DNA of 64,000 bases from a virus. Its lineage: Duplodnaviria; Caudoviricetes. Below the pieces are notes generated by a model that was not told the origin of the DNA, ran no database searches, and was given only the letters and a program-made list of their open reading frames with translations. Of this stretch, positions 36,121-45,715 are shown in pieces (the stretch's first letter is position 1; every line of letters begins with the position of its first letter). The DNA lies in the IMG/VR virus record IMGVR_UViG_3300027899_000800, positions 1,796 through 65,795 of that record. The stretch is one strand, 5' to 3'. The translations under genes were made by a program, and so were the position numbers.

Positions 36121-36858
36121 ATGAAAACAATAGTACTAGGTGACACACACGGCCGCTCAAATTGGAAATTAGCAATACATCAAGACAAACCTGATAGAGT
36201 TATCTTTATAGGTGACTACTTTGACTCATTTGAAATATCAGGTGTAGATCAAATTCATAATTTTAAGGAAATAATTCATTACAAAGAATCAAACCCACAA
36301 GTTGAGGTTATATTGTTGATTGGTAATCATGATCATCATTACTTCCCTGAAATTGGTTATAATGGGACTAGTGGATTTCAATCAGGGATATATCCATCTA
36401 TTACTCAGGCTATAGATGAAAATAGACATCATCTACAAATGGCTTATGGTTTTGAAGAATATCTATTTACTCATGCTGGAGTTAGTCCTGTGTTTATGGA
36501 CGAAGTATTTGGTCCTAATGGTTGGAGTAAAGAAAATGTAGTAGTAGATTTAAATGAATTATTTAAATATAAACCTAAAGCGTTTGAATTTAATGGTTTT
36601 GATCCATATGGAGACAATACAACACAAACACCAATATGGATTAGACCAGGATCATTAATGTCTATAAATAAGAAACATGAGAAAGGTTTAAAGAAAGACT
36701 ATATTCAAATTGTAGGACATACTCAAATGAAAAAATTAGATCTTAAAGGTAGTGATAAATTTACAGGTGGTAGATATTATTTTATAGATACTATGGATAC
36801 TACAGGACAGTATTTAATCATTGAAAACAATTATATAACAACAAATTCAGTTAAATAA
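36121..36858 (+). CDS. calcineurin-like metallophosphoesterase
   Basis: GDTHG, IGDYFD, GNHD, THAG, VGHT. Confidence 0.92.
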   Translation: MKTIVLGDTHGRSNWKLAIHQDKPDRVIFIGDYFDSFEISGVDQIHNFKEIIHYKESNPQVEVILLIGNHDHHYFPEIGYNGTSGFQSGIYPSITQAIDENRHHLQMAYGFEEYLFTHAGVSPVFMDEVFGPNGWSKENVVVDLNELFKYKPKAFEFNGFDPYGDNTTQTPIWIRPGSLMSINKKHEKGLKKDYIQIVGHTQMKKLDLKGSDKFTGGRYYFIDTMDTTGQYLIIENNYITTNSVK

Positions 36859-37079
36859 TGGGTAGAAAAAAGAAACAACAGAATAAACCATTAGACTATA
36901 TTCAGCCTGAATTTATTGTTTATAGCGATTTAGGTTATTATAGTGGCATGGCGTTTGGAGGAGAATTTCAATGGTCAAAACATGAAAAAGATGCTAAACC
37001 ATTGAATAACATTAGTAAGTTTAAAACTATAAAATATTTGGCGCCTCAAAATATTGAAGTTATATTTGAATATATATGA
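36858..37079 (+). CDS. hypothetical protein
   Basis: 73 aa coupled ORF. Confidence 0.6.
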   Translation: MGRKKKQQNKPLDYIQPEFIVYSDLGYYSGMAFGGEFQWSKHEKDAKPLNNISKFKTIKYLAPQNIEVIFEYI

Positions 37080-37960
37080 GTAAACATACATTATGGGTTG
37101 AAAAATATAGACCCGATACATTAGAAGGTTATTTAGGTAATGAAGCATTTGTTGGTGGATTAAAAGAATGGATTGATAAAAATAACTTTCCTAACCTACT
37201 ATTGTTTGGTTCACCAGGTACAGGTAAAACAACTGCTGCTAAATTAGTAGTTAAGAATATTAATTGTGATTTTATTTATCTAAACTGTAGTGATGAAAAC
37301 GGTATTGATGTAATTAGAGATAAAGTAAAACAATTTGCTTCTGGTGCTACATTTAAGCCACTTAAAGTAGTTATATTAGATGAAGCTGATTTTTTAACTA
37401 TAAATGCTCAAGCAGCGCTTAGGAATGTTATTGAGTCATTTAGTTTAAATACTAGATTTATTTTTACTTGTAATTATGTTGAACGCATTATTGATGCTTT
37501 ACAATCACGATTGACTTGCTTTCATTTAGCATCATCTGATATTAAAGATGTAGCTAAACATTTAGTTAATATACTTGATAATGAAAATATTGAATATAGT
37601 AAACAAGATATAGTTACTATTGTTAAAAAAACTTATCCTGATTTAAGACGAGCAATTAATATACTACAAAGTAATTCAGTTAAAGGTAAATTAACATTAA
37701 CTGAAGTAATAGATAGTAATTATATTGAACAGGTTATTGATGAACTTAAATCAAAAAAGAAAACAACATTTAATAATATCAGACAAATTATAGCTGATAA
37801 TAATATTAATGACTTTACTGGGTTGTATAAATCATTTTATGATTGTTATTCATCTCCAGAGTCAACTATAATAATAGAAGAATACTTATTTCATTCAACT
37901 ACTATACCTGATAAAGAAATATGTTTTATGGGGTGTGTAGCTAAACTTTTAAATATATAA
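37076..37960 (+). CDS. clamp loader AAA+ subunit (RFC/gp44-like)
   Basis: LWVEKYRP, GSPGTGKTT, VILDEAD, AQAALR, LQSR, DLRRAIN.LQ. Confidence 0.93.
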   Translation: MSKHTLWVEKYRPDTLEGYLGNEAFVGGLKEWIDKNNFPNLLLFGSPGTGKTTAAKLVVKNINCDFIYLNCSDENGIDVIRDKVKQFASGATFKPLKVVILDEADFLTINAQAALRNVIESFSLNTRFIFTCNYVERIIDALQSRLTCFHLASSDIKDVAKHLVNILDNENIEYSKQDIVTIVKKTYPDLRRAINILQSNSVKGKLTLTEVIDSNYIEQVIDELKSKKKTTFNNIRQIIADNNINDFTGLYKSFYDCYSSPESTIIIEEYLFHSTTIPDKEICFMGCVAKLLNI

Positions 37961-37961
37961 T

Positions 37962-38207
37962 ATGAGTCAACAAGAACAAATTAAATTAAACATCGATTTA
38001 AACAAAACAACTCCTGTTGTTTGTGATGAATGTAATCACAATGTGTTTCAAGAAGGTCTTATGCTTAGAAAAGCGAACAAGTTTTTAACAGGTACAGCTC
38101 AAGATGCTCTTATTCCATTACCTATTTTTAGTTGTGCTAAATGTGGTCATGTAAATGAATCATTTCTGCCTGAACCATTAAAAAATTTAGGTAGTGAATC
38201 TATTTGA
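37962..38207 (+). CDS. small zinc-ribbon protein
   Basis: CDEC...CAKCGH. Confidence 0.7.
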   Translation: MSQQEQIKLNIDLNKTTPVVCDECNHNVFQEGLMLRKANKFLTGTAQDALIPLPIFSCAKCGHVNESFLPEPLKNLGSESI

Positions 38208-38601
38208 TTGGATAAATCAAATAACATATAATAAACAACCGTGGGACACATTTGCGGATGATGAAAAGTCTGAATTTAACACTTATATGATTCATCGTTT
38301 TATAAGCATGAATCCAGATTATGTTGATGTTGTTAATACAATTCAAAAATATCCTAATTGTCCCACTAGGTTAGTTTATAAATTTTATTGTGATTTATTA
38401 CCTAAAAAGAAATCGTTTTTTAGATACATTAAAGCAAATGTTAAAAATGATTTAGAGACAGTAAAATCAATAGCTGAGTATTATCAATGTAGTACTCGTG
38501 AGGCTAAAGATTATATAAACTTAATTGATACTCAAGTAGTCAAAAATACTCTTAACTTGGGGACGCCAAGTACAAAACAAAAAAGGAGAAAAAAACAATG
38601 A
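38194..38601 (+). CDS. clamp loader small subunit (gp62-like), GTG start
   Basis: LFDWINQI...K, F..YMIHRFISM, KK.FFRYIK, IAEYYQCS.REAKDY. Confidence 0.75.
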   Translation: MNLFDWINQITYNKQPWDTFADDEKSEFNTYMIHRFISMNPDYVDVVNTIQKYPNCPTRLVYKFYCDLLPKKKSFFRYIKANVKNDLETVKSIAEYYQCSTREAKDYINLIDTQVVKNTLNLGTPSTKQKRRKKQ

Positions 38602-38935
38602 TTACATTTTTATTAGGTGTTTCAGCTACAGTTGTGGTTGGGATACTGGTTTGGCTTACTATTGGTGCTGTTAAGGTATCAAAAAAGGTCAAGTCATTAG
38701 ATGAAGAAATGAGAAACGTCTGGATGGATATTGAATCTAGATATAATTCAATTGAACGTGATCGACACACATTGCAAGAAGCTACTGATCGCAGAATTGA
38801 TAGTGTTATTAGTTATACCGATTCACGATTGGATAAACTTATTAATGACATTAACAATAAGTTTGTTAGCAAAAAAGATAAATTCGATAATACAGTAAAT
38901 TATTAATAATTAATCACTTGGCGTCCCAAGTTAAG
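38551..38935. repeat. 20-bp long-range inverted repeat (38551-38571 and 38916-38935) bracketing ORF 38598-38906
   Basis: CTTAACTTGGGGACGCCAAGT versus ACTTGGCGTCCCAAGTTAAG: reverse complements apart from one extra G. Confidence 0.85.
38598..38906 (+). CDS. N-terminal TM plus coiled-coil protein
   Basis: Hydrophobic aa 1-25; RRID....YTDSRLDKL. Confidence 0.72.
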   Translation: MITFLLGVSATVVVGILVWLTIGAVKVSKKVKSLDEEMRNVWMDIESRYNSIERDRHTLQEATDRRIDSVISYTDSRLDKLINDINNKFVSKKDKFDNTVNY

Positions 38936-38967
38936 TTAATTAAATTTAAATTATAAATATTCGCTAT

Positions 38968-39243
38968 ATGAATACAATAGAACGTCCACAAGATAATATT
39001 ACATGGTCAGTGATGGAAGATTTAAGGTTAAGAGCAGATGTAGGTTTAAAAAAATATAACACAACATTAGATGAAAATAATCATCAAAATATGCTTCAAC
39101 ATGCCTATGAGGAAGCACTTGATTTAGCTCAGTATTTAAAAAAAGAAATAACTACATTAAACACAATTCAAGATTTAGTTAAACAATATCCTAATGATAT
39201 GGAGCTGGGAGAACAAATAAGAATGAAATATGGCAAAAAATAA
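38968..39243 (+). CDS. conserved phage protein, possibly all-alpha NTP pyrophosphatase-like
   Basis: R..VG.KKY.TTL, LQHAYEEALD.A.YL. Confidence 0.5.
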   Translation: MNTIERPQDNITWSVMEDLRLRADVGLKKYNTTLDENNHQNMLQHAYEEALDLAQYLKKEITTLNTIQDLVKQYPNDMELGEQIRMKYGKK

Positions 39244-40171
39244 ATTAACTGAAGTTGAATTAAAAATAAAAAATACTGCTCCTAAAGAAATAGATTATAG
39301 ATTTCAAACTACAGTATCTTATTCTCAATATTCTATATATCGTAGATGTCCTCATCAGTGGTATTTGAATTATGTTAAAGGTTTAGCTTCATACCAAGCA
39401 TCAATTCATACTATATTTGGTACTTCAATTCATGAAACAGTACAACATTATTTAAAAGTAATGTATGAGGAAAGTGGGGCGGCGGCTGATAGGGTAGATA
39501 TAATAACTATGTTTAATGAGCGTTTTAGAGCCATATATAAAGAAGAATTTGAAAGAAGTAAACAACATTTCTCTAACCCAGACGAAATGAAAGAATTTTT
39601 TGAAGATGGAGTTAATGTATTAACATGGTTTAAAAAACATCGTAATCAATTTTTCTCAACTCGTAATGTAGTATTATTAGGTATTGAAATGCCTTTAATG
39701 GTTAATTTGTCTAAAAATTTATTTTTAAAAGGTTATATTGATTTTGTATTGTATGATAAAGATTTAGATAAAGTTTATATATATGATATTAAAACATCAA
39801 GACAAGGATGGAATGACAAAGCTAAAAAAGATGAAATAAAAATATCTCAAATATTACTTTATAAAGAATATTTTTCAAAACAATATAATATTGATATTGA
39901 GAAAATTGAAGTTGAGTTCTTTATAATGAAAAGAAAAATTTGGGAGAATGATGCTTTTGCTATACCTTATATCTCATCATTTAAACCAGCTAGTGGTAAG
40001 ACAAAACGTAAACAAGCAATGGAAAAATTTAATGTGTTCTTAGCTGAATGTTTTGATAGTGAAGGTAAAATGGTAGATAAAGAATATTCTAAAATAGTAA
40101 GTAAAGATAGTTGCACTTATTGTCCGTTTAATAATGATAAAACACTTTGCAATAAAAATGTCGCTTCTTAA
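39230..40171 (+). CDS. Cas4-like / PD-(D/E)XK exonuclease
   Basis: SYSQ....RCP..W, FGT.IHE, LKGYID, IYDIKT, C.YCPF...LC. Confidence 0.85.
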   Translation: MAKNKLTEVELKIKNTAPKEIDYRFQTTVSYSQYSIYRRCPHQWYLNYVKGLASYQASIHTIFGTSIHETVQHYLKVMYEESGAAADRVDIITMFNERFRAIYKEEFERSKQHFSNPDEMKEFFEDGVNVLTWFKKHRNQFFSTRNVVLLGIEMPLMVNLSKNLFLKGYIDFVLYDKDLDKVYIYDIKTSRQGWNDKAKKDEIKISQILLYKEYFSKQYNIDIEKIEVEFFIMKRKIWENDAFAIPYISSFKPASGKTKRKQAMEKFNVFLAECFDSEGKMVDKEYSKIVSKDSCTYCPFNNDKTLCNKNVAS

Positions 40172-40208
40172 TTTTTGTATATATTTATATATGTAAAATA
40201 TATATTAT

Positions 40209-40403
40209 ATGGGAGACAATAAATTAACAAGTGTTAAAGTTAGTGAAGAGTTATTTGAAGAATTTAAAGTATTATGTGTACGTACAAAATTCTCACTTCA
40301 AAAATTAGTAGATAGAAGTATTCATATGTACTTAACCAGTGATGACTTTAGAAAAGAAATGCATAGCCATACTAATTTATCATTATCAGGTAGTCAAGTT
40401 TAA
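40209..40403 (+). CDS. ribbon-helix-helix-like DNA-binding protein
   Basis: LTSVKV beta-strand followed by two helices. Confidence 0.6.
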   Translation: MGDNKLTSVKVSEELFEEFKVLCVRTKFSLQKLVDRSIHMYLTSDDFRKEMHSHTNLSLSGSQV

Positions 40404-40421
40404 AAATAATTAAAACACGTT

Positions 40422-41864
40422 ATGAAAGAAGGTTACATTCCAAAAGAACAAAGGAAAAAAATTTTATTATTGTGTGATGATATCAGATTTACATCTGGTA
40501 TAGCAACAATGGCTAGAGAAATTGTAGTAGGAACATCTCATGCTTTTAATTGGGTTAATCTAGGAGGTGCTATTGACCATCCAGAAAAAGGAAAACGATT
40601 TGATTTAAGTCAAGATACAAATACACATAATGGCATAGATGATGCTAGTGTTTTTGTATACCCAACTTCAGGTTATGGTGATCCAAATTTAGTTAGAACA
40701 TTGATAGATTTAGAAAAACCAGATGTTATTATGTTTTTCACAGATCCTAGATATTGGATTTGGTTATTCCAAATGGAAGGAGAAATAAGAAAGAAAATAC
40801 CAATGGTATATCTAAACATATGGGATGATTACCCAGCACCATTATATAATGAAGCTTATTATGAGTCATGTGATGGATTAATGTCTATATCAAAACAAAC
40901 ACTTAATATAAATAAATTAGTATTAGGTGAAAAAGCTAAAAATAAAATATTGAGTTATGTACCACACGGTATAAATGATAATATATTTTATCCAATTGAT
41001 GATAAACATAAAGATTATCCTAGATTATTAGAAGTTAAAAAGTCATTTTTTAAAGATAAAAATTATGACTTTACTTTAATGTTTAACTCTAGAAACATCA
41101 GACGTAAATCAGTACCTGATGCGTTAGCTGCTTTTAAATTATTTTTAGATAAATTACCAAAAGAAAAAGCTGATAAATGTGCTTTCATGTTACATACTCA
41201 GCCTGTTGATGATAATGGTACAGATTTATATGCTGTAAGGGATATGTTATTTAACGCTGACCAATGTTCTCAAATATATTTCTCAGATCAAAGATTACCA
41301 TCATATGATGTTAATTTGTTGTACAATTTATCTGATGCTGTTATATTATTAAGTTCAAATGAAGGATGGGGTTTATCATTAACTGAAGGAATGATGGTTG
41401 GAAAAATGATTATAGCCAATGTAACAGGTGGAATGCAAGATCAAATGAGATTTGAAAATGAAAATGGAGAGTGGATTGATTTTGATAGTGAATTCTGTTC
41501 TAATCATATGGGTAAATATAAAAAATGTGGAGATTGGGCTATACCAGTATTTCCAAGTAATATAAGTTTACAAGGTTCTGTACCTACACCTTATATATTT
41601 GATGATAGAGCTGATTTTAGAGATGCTGCTGATGCTATAATGAAGATTTATGAGTTAGGAGATGAAGAAAGAAAACGTAGAGGTAAATTAGCTCATGAAT
41701 GGGTCACATCAAATGAATCTATGATGTCTGCTTCAAATATGTGTAAAAATGTTATTAACCATATTGATACAGTAATACTTAATTGGAAACCAAAACCAAA
41801 ATTTGAGTTAATTAAAACTCAACCATTAAAAAGAAAACATATTCGTCACAAGTTAATTTATTAA
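40422..41864 (+). CDS. GT-B (GT4-like) glycosyltransferase
   Basis: SGIAT, VPHG, NSRNIRRK, SSNEGWGLSLTEG, NVTGG.QD. Confidence 0.88.
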   Translation: MKEGYIPKEQRKKILLLCDDIRFTSGIATMAREIVVGTSHAFNWVNLGGAIDHPEKGKRFDLSQDTNTHNGIDDASVFVYPTSGYGDPNLVRTLIDLEKPDVIMFFTDPRYWIWLFQMEGEIRKKIPMVYLNIWDDYPAPLYNEAYYESCDGLMSISKQTLNINKLVLGEKAKNKILSYVPHGINDNIFYPIDDKHKDYPRLLEVKKSFFKDKNYDFTLMFNSRNIRRKSVPDALAAFKLFLDKLPKEKADKCAFMLHTQPVDDNGTDLYAVRDMLFNADQCSQIYFSDQRLPSYDVNLLYNLSDAVILLSSNEGWGLSLTEGMMVGKMIIANVTGGMQDQMRFENENGEWIDFDSEFCSNHMGKYKKCGDWAIPVFPSNISLQGSVPTPYIFDDRADFRDAADAIMKIYELGDEERKRRGKLAHEWVTSNESMMSASNMCKNVINHIDTVILNWKPKPKFELIKTQPLKRKHIRHKLIY

Positions 41865-41869
41865 TAGTT

Positions 41870-43168
41870 ATGAAACCATTATTAGTTATAAGCTGCCCTG
41901 TAGATACAGTATCAGGGTATGGAGCTAGAAGTAGAGATATAGTTAAAGCAATTCTAAAATACGATAAATATGATGTCCGAATCATATCTCAACGTTGGGG
42001 AAATACATCATATGGAGCTTTAAATCCAGATAATGAAGAGGAAAAAAATATTTTAGATTTGATATGGAAACAACCTCAATTACCTAAACAACCTGATGTT
42101 TGGATTCAAATCACAGTACCAAATGAATTTCAACCAATAGGAAAATTTAATATTGGTATAACCGCTGGTATTGAAACTACATTATGTGATCCAAGCTGGA
42201 TTGAAGGAGTTAATAGAATGAATTTAACCTTAGTATCTTCAAACCATGCTAAAAAAGTATTCGAATTATCTTCATTTGAGAAAAAAGATCCTAATACTGA
42301 TCAAGTTGTATCAATAGTAAAATTAGAAAAACCAATAGAAGTTTTATTTGAAGGAGCTGATTTATCTAAATATTTTTATATACCAAATGATGATTTAGAA
42401 GAAACAGAATTAGTTAGTTCATTAGATGATATAGAAGATAATTTTTGCTTTTTATTTGTAGGACATTGGTTGCAAGGACAGATAGGTGAGGATAGAAAAA
42501 ATGTAGGTTACATGATTAAAGCATTTTTAGAAATATTTAAAAATAAAACTAATCAACCAGCTTTAATTTTAAAAACATCTCAAGTAACTTCTTCTGTAAT
42601 AGATAGAGAAGATGTATTAAAAAAGATAGATGCTATTAAACAAACAGTTAAAGGAAATTTACCTAACATTTATTTACTACATGGTGAATTAGATGATAAA
42701 GATATAAATGATTTATATAATCATGAGAAAGTAAAAGCTATGGTATCATTAACTAAAGGAGAAGGTTTTGGTAGACCATTACTTGAATTTAGTTTATCTA
42801 AAAAACCTATCATAACTACTAATTATAGTGGACATACAGATTTTTTACATCCTGATTATAATTTATTAATAGATGGAACATTGACTAATGTACATCCATC
42901 AGCTGTCTCTCAAAATATGGTACTAGCTGAATCACAATGGTTTACTCCTAATGATAATAGTGTGGCTGATGCTTTTAAAAATGTATTTAGTAATTATGAA
43001 AAATATAGTGAGTTAGCTAAAAGACAAACTCATTATTCTAAAACTAATTTCTCATTTGATAAAATGGCTGAAGTATTAGATAATATATTGGAAACTAAAG
43101 TTCCTAAACAAATAGAACTTAAACTTCCTCAATTAAAGAAAATTGGATTAAATAAAGTTGATAAATAA
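41870..43168 (+). CDS. GT-B (GT4-like) glycosyltransferase
   Basis: SGYG, FLFVG.W, DRKN, KGEGFGRPLLE, YSGHTDF. Confidence 0.88.
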   Translation: MKPLLVISCPVDTVSGYGARSRDIVKAILKYDKYDVRIISQRWGNTSYGALNPDNEEEKNILDLIWKQPQLPKQPDVWIQITVPNEFQPIGKFNIGITAGIETTLCDPSWIEGVNRMNLTLVSSNHAKKVFELSSFEKKDPNTDQVVSIVKLEKPIEVLFEGADLSKYFYIPNDDLEETELVSSLDDIEDNFCFLFVGHWLQGQIGEDRKNVGYMIKAFLEIFKNKTNQPALILKTSQVTSSVIDREDVLKKIDAIKQTVKGNLPNIYLLHGELDDKDINDLYNHEKVKAMVSLTKGEGFGRPLLEFSLSKKPIITTNYSGHTDFLHPDYNLLIDGTLTNVHPSAVSQNMVLAESQWFTPNDNSVADAFKNVFSNYEKYSELAKRQTHYSKTNFSFDKMAEVLDNILETKVPKQIELKLPQLKKIGLNKVDK

Positions 43169-43773
43169 TGAAAATATTTACTTTTGGTGACAGTCATGGA
43201 TCTTGTGGAGGGTGGGATACAGCTTATATAACCGCAGTGTATCATGGTCCGTTATTATGTTATACAATAGGTAAAAAAGTATTAGAAGTAATGAATATTT
43301 CATTATATGATGTTCAAGAAGGAGATGCTATTATATTTTGTTTTGGAGAAATAGATTGTAGATGTCATATCAAAAAACATATAACTGAAGAAATATCATA
43401 TCAGAATATTATAGATGATATAATTTATAATTATTTTGAAGCTATAAAAACTAATATTAATATATTAGATAAGAAAGTAAAACCATATGTTTTTAATGTT
43501 GTTCCTCCAGTAGAAAGTGAAACCATAATTCAAAATCCAGATTTCCCAACTGTTGGATCAGATGAAGAGAGAAAATCATATGTTATTTATTTTAATAAAA
43601 AAATAAAAGAATATTGTGAAAAATATGATTATGGTTTTTTTGATGTGTATGATAAATACACTAATGAAAATGGTATGTTGAAGAAAGAATTATCCGATAA
43701 TAATGTTCATATAGCAGAAAATAAATATATTACTGAATTTATAATTGAAAATATTTTAAATAATGACAAGTAA
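43168..43773 (+). CDS. SGNH/GDSL-like hydrolase
   Basis: FGDSH, FGEIDCR.H, SD.NVH. Confidence 0.7.
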   Translation: MKIFTFGDSHGSCGGWDTAYITAVYHGPLLCYTIGKKVLEVMNISLYDVQEGDAIIFCFGEIDCRCHIKKHITEEISYQNIIDDIIYNYFEAIKTNINILDKKVKPYVFNVVPPVESETIIQNPDFPTVGSDEERKSYVIYFNKKIKEYCEKYDYGFFDVYDKYTNENGMLKKELSDNNVHIAENKYITEFIIENILNNDK

Positions 43774-44014
43774 AGAATTTGTTGTATGGATGAAAGGATT
43801 TATGGAAGCATGTAATGACTTTACAGCTACACCTAAACAATGGGATGAAATTAAAAATACTTTAGATAAAATAAATGATAATAAAACATCATCCAACCAC
43901 ACCACCGCTGTATGGAATGACCAAATGGGATGTTGGCATTATATAAACTACCCAGAAGGATTTGGATATTATACAAACAATACATCAGAAAATAAAAAGA
44001 AAGAAAATGAATGA
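43763..44014 (+). CDS. conserved phage hypothetical protein
   Basis: F..W.KGF.EA.....TPKQW..IK..L. Confidence 0.65.
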   Translation: MTSKEFVVWMKGFMEACNDFTATPKQWDEIKNTLDKINDNKTSSNHTTAVWNDQMGCWHYINYPEGFGYYTNNTSENKKKENE

Positions 44015-44438
44015 TAAACTAGTAATATGTTCTCGTTGCAGCTCAGATGCCTGTTATGAACATGAAAGTGTAGATAAAATTACTATATGGAATTGTATGA
44101 GTTGTGGATTTACAACTAACGAAGTTATGATTGAAGGAAGTGAATTAGCAACTCAAACAGAAGAAATAATACCTGAGCTATATAAGGATATTAAATTTGT
44201 AGATGATAAAAAACGAATATGGTATCCAACTGTACTTAATATAGAAGATAAAGGTACTGTATTTGCAAATGGTACTAATGAAAATAATTGGGGTTGGGCA
44301 GGTATTAAAGTTATAGAGACTACAAATGAAGAAAAAGAAAAACTTAAAGGCGCTAAATATAAATCAAATCCATCAACATTAAGAACATTTAGAGAAGATC
44401 AGTTTGATGAAGCTTGCGCTTATATTGGATTAATTTAA
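44007..44438 (+). CDS. zinc-finger hypothetical protein (ATG start at 44007)
   Basis: CSRC...CMSCGF. Confidence 0.65.
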   Translation: MNDKLVICSRCSSDACYEHESVDKITIWNCMSCGFTTNEVMIEGSELATQTEEIIPELYKDIKFVDDKKRIWYPTVLNIEDKGTVFANGTNENNWGWAGIKVIETTNEEKEKLKGAKYKSNPSTLRTFREDQFDEACAYIGLI

Positions 44439-44448
44439 AATTTAAGTT

Positions 44449-45078
44449 ATGGAAACTATTAGTTTTGCTGTTACTGCTTGTAACGAATATGAAGAATTAG
44501 ATAGACTTTTAAATCAACTTCATACCCATATTAATGATGGAGATGAAATTATACTCCAGTTAGATAAAAGTGCTACTAAAAATGTTAGGGACATAGCTAA
44601 AAGTTATGAAACAAGAGGAACAAGATATGAATATGAAGTCATAGAATATCCTTTAAATAATGATTTTTCTTCTTTTAAAAATAATCTTAAAGATAAATGT
44701 TATAAAGATTGGATTTTCTTTATTGATGCTGATGAGTATTTAAGTGATGGATTATTAGATAATATTCATGATATACTTAATATTAATAAAGGATTAGTAG
44801 ATGTTATATCTGTTCCTAGAATTAATACAGTAGCAGGTTTAACTAGAGAACATATTGATAAATGGAGGTGGTTTGTTGATGAAAATAATTATATTAATTA
44901 TCCTGACTACCAAACTCGTATATGCATTAATAAACCTAATATAACATGGGTAAATAAAGTCCATGAAAGATTATCAGGTTGGAAAACAATAGCTAATTTA
45001 CCTCATGGATATGATTTAGTTCATCCTAAAACTATTGAAAGACAAGAACGTCAAAATAATTTTTATAATAATTTATAA
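44449..45078 (+). CDS. GT2 family glycosyltransferase
   Basis: ISFAVT.CNE, DF..FKN, WIFFIDADE, PDYQ.R, VHE. Confidence 0.85.
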   Translation: METISFAVTACNEYEELDRLLNQLHTHINDGDEIILQLDKSATKNVRDIAKSYETRGTRYEYEVIEYPLNNDFSSFKNNLKDKCYKDWIFFIDADEYLSDGLLDNIHDILNINKGLVDVISVPRINTVAGLTREHIDKWRWFVDENNYINYPDYQTRICINKPNITWVNKVHERLSGWKTIANLPHGYDLVHPKTIERQERQNNFYNNL

Positions 45079-45079
45079 C

Positions 45080-45709
45080 ATGGATCAATTAACACAATTA
45101 GGACTTAAATACGGTACTGATAAAGCTACTGAACATAATTTTACTCCATTTTATGATAGTTTTTTAAACCAATATAGAGAAACATTTTCTAATATTTTAG
45201 AAATAGGAGTTCAATATGGACCAAGTATTAGAATGTGGTCTAATTATTTTCCAAATGCTAATATATATGGAGCTGATATTAAATTATTAGTTAAAAATGA
45301 AGAAGATAGAATATTTTTATTTGATAAAATAGATCAATCTAATAGAGAAGATTTAGCTAAAGTATTAGATCAATCAACTTATGAGTTTGATATGATTATT
45401 GATGACGGTGGTCATACAATGAAACAACAGCAAGTTAGTCTAGGTTATTTATTTCCTTTTGTTAAGCCAGGAGGATTTTATATATTAGAAGATATACATA
45501 CTTCATTCCAAGAACGTTTTAATGATTATGAATGTCATGTTAACACATATCATATGCTAGCAAATATAATCCATTATGATAAATTATATTCTAATTATAT
45601 GACTAAAGAAGAAATAAATTATATAAATAATAATATTAGTAGTTTTGAATTTTATACTAACTCACCTAATTTAAGCCACAGTGTGACTTGTATTATACAA
45701 AAAAAATAA
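45080..45709 (+). CDS. class I SAM sugar O-methyltransferase (MycE-like), ATG start at 45080
   Basis: YGTDK, LEIGV..G.S..MW, DQS, IIDDGGH, GGFYILED. Confidence 0.8.
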   Translation: MDQLTQLGLKYGTDKATEHNFTPFYDSFLNQYRETFSNILEIGVQYGPSIRMWSNYFPNANIYGADIKLLVKNEEDRIFLFDKIDQSNREDLAKVLDQSTYEFDMIIDDGGHTMKQQQVSLGYLFPFVKPGGFYILEDIHTSFQERFNDYECHVNTYHMLANIIHYDKLYSNYMTKEEINYINNNISSFEFYTNSPNLSHSVTCIIQKK

Positions 45710-45715
45710 ACCTAA

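Noticed and set aside
39230-40171. Cas4-like gene as evidence of a CRISPR-Cas system
   Set aside because: No array or other cas genes were seen; solo Cas4-like nucleases are common in phage replication regions
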